Part shown: in pieces, positions 63,564-64,000 of the stretch
Numbering within the stretch: position 1 is the stretch's first letter
How the letters are laid out: the number at the start of each line of letters is the position of its first letter
NCBI GenBank assembly: GCA_964385825.1
Contig: CAYLPX010000001.1
Location: forward strand, 271,959 to 335,958
Reading direction: 5' to 3'
DNA: 64,000 nucleotides
DNA from: an uncultured Candidatus Saccharibacteria bacterium
GTDB lineage: Bacteria; Patescibacteriota; Minisyncoccia; Phycocordibacterales; JAKFXT01
Made by a program: the position numbers and the translations under genes
Notes under the pieces: generated by a model
The model's database searches: none
Told to the model about the DNA's origin: nothing
The model's input: only the letters and a program-made list of their open reading frames with translations

Positions 63564-64000
63564 CTATTCCTCAGCGAAAAAGGCTTTGTGGATCTTACGT
63601 ACCTCAAGTCCAAAAGTAGCCCCGTCTTCACGCCTAGGGTGCTCCATAGTGATGGGGTAATCTCCAACAATACGAAACTCCTTCATGATAATAACCCGAT
63701 TGGCAAGCGCCACGGCTTCTTCTATTAAGTGCGTCACCATAATAATAGTAGCCCCTGTTTCTTGCCAAAGCGTACTAATATCTCCATGTAATTCTTCAGT
63801 AGTCTTAGGATCAAGAGCCGAAAAGGGTTCGTCCAGAAGTAACACTTCTGGATTGGAAGATAGTGCCCGCGCAATACCAATACGTTGTCGTTGGCCACCC
63901 GAAAGTTCGCGGGGAAGCCTTTCCTTAAAATCCCCAAGCCCCAATTTCTCAATTGCGCTTTGGGCTCTTTGATTAATGTCTGCTTCAGTGCCACCAATTG
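63564..64000 (-). CDS. ABC transporter ATP-binding protein, 5' end beyond window edge
   Basis: LSGGQRQRIGIARAL signature, Walker B LLLDEPFSALD, H-loop; the frame stays open upstream to the window end. Confidence 0.75.
   Translation of the reverse strand, partial: IGGTEADINQRAQSAIEKLGLGDFKERLPRELSGGQRQRIGIARALSSNPEVLLLDEPFSALDPKTTEELHGDISTLWQETGATIIMVTHLIEEAVALANRVIIMKEFRIVGDYPITMEHPRREDGATFGLEVRKIHKAFFAEE

Noticed and set aside
1-64000. CRISPR arrays, IS elements, integrases or transposases, rRNA genes
   Set aside because: No repeat-spacer arrays, no DDE/tyrosine-recombinase ORFs, and no rRNA-like conserved stretches found on manual inspection. The att-like tRNA repeats therefore have no cognate recombinase in this window.

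Overview
Low-GC (~38-42%) bacterial chromosomal segment with small-genome, Patescibacteria/CPR-like features: many type IV pilin-like genes, a TsaD with an insertion, short ValRS, lysine-rich tails on GroES, and a glycogen/glucose cluster. Core content runs ybeY-ftsA-ftsZ-trxB, mscL, an M23 peptidase, prmC, tsaD, valS, an Hsp20, lepA, murJ, class II RNR nrdJ, a pirin, ABC exporters, htpX-lemA, a NUDIX hydrolase, groES-groEL, secG, a peptide SBP, RNase J, an MFS transporter, a MutY-like glycosylase, dinB, SIMPL, ROK glucokinase, PGI/PMI, GH15, GH57, a glycogen-synthase-like GT, an M3 peptidase and a partial ABC ATPase. I recognise 8 tRNAs (7 on the minus strand) and an RNase P RNA (rnpB). Several six-frame ORFs overlap these RNAs and are spurious. 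Two things look unusual. (1) Each minus-strand tRNA (Phe, Arg-CCT, Gly, Ser-CGA, Ser-GGA) is followed within 50-170 bp by a second copy of its own 3'-terminal ~20 nt. Between the tRNA and that copy lie a T-arm fragment in the opposite orientation and a short hairpin; tRNA-Val instead has an inverted copy. An ~80-nt element starting with GGTCAC occurs three times near these tRNAs. Together these resemble repeated att-site or miniature-element footprints at tRNA 3' ends, with no integrase in the window. (2) About a dozen dispersed mini-islands of ~60% GC, with high GC3, each carry one small ORF (48-210 aa, mostly predicted membrane, lipoprotein or secreted) with a strong AGGAGG-type ribosome-binding site and a GC-rich GNRA-loop terminator. 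Two islands share an identical 38-bp terminator, one gene has an in-frame TAG, and one 250-bp GC-rich block sits at the 5' end of RNase J. The native genes show no such SD sequences or composition, so this looks like repeated acquisition of foreign small genes from a high-GC donor. Other points of interest: a class II (long variable arm) tRNA whose anticodon reads ACG, a 46-bp near-perfect palindrome, two DnaA-box-like repeats in the long nrdJ leader, and lysine-rich N-terminal tails.
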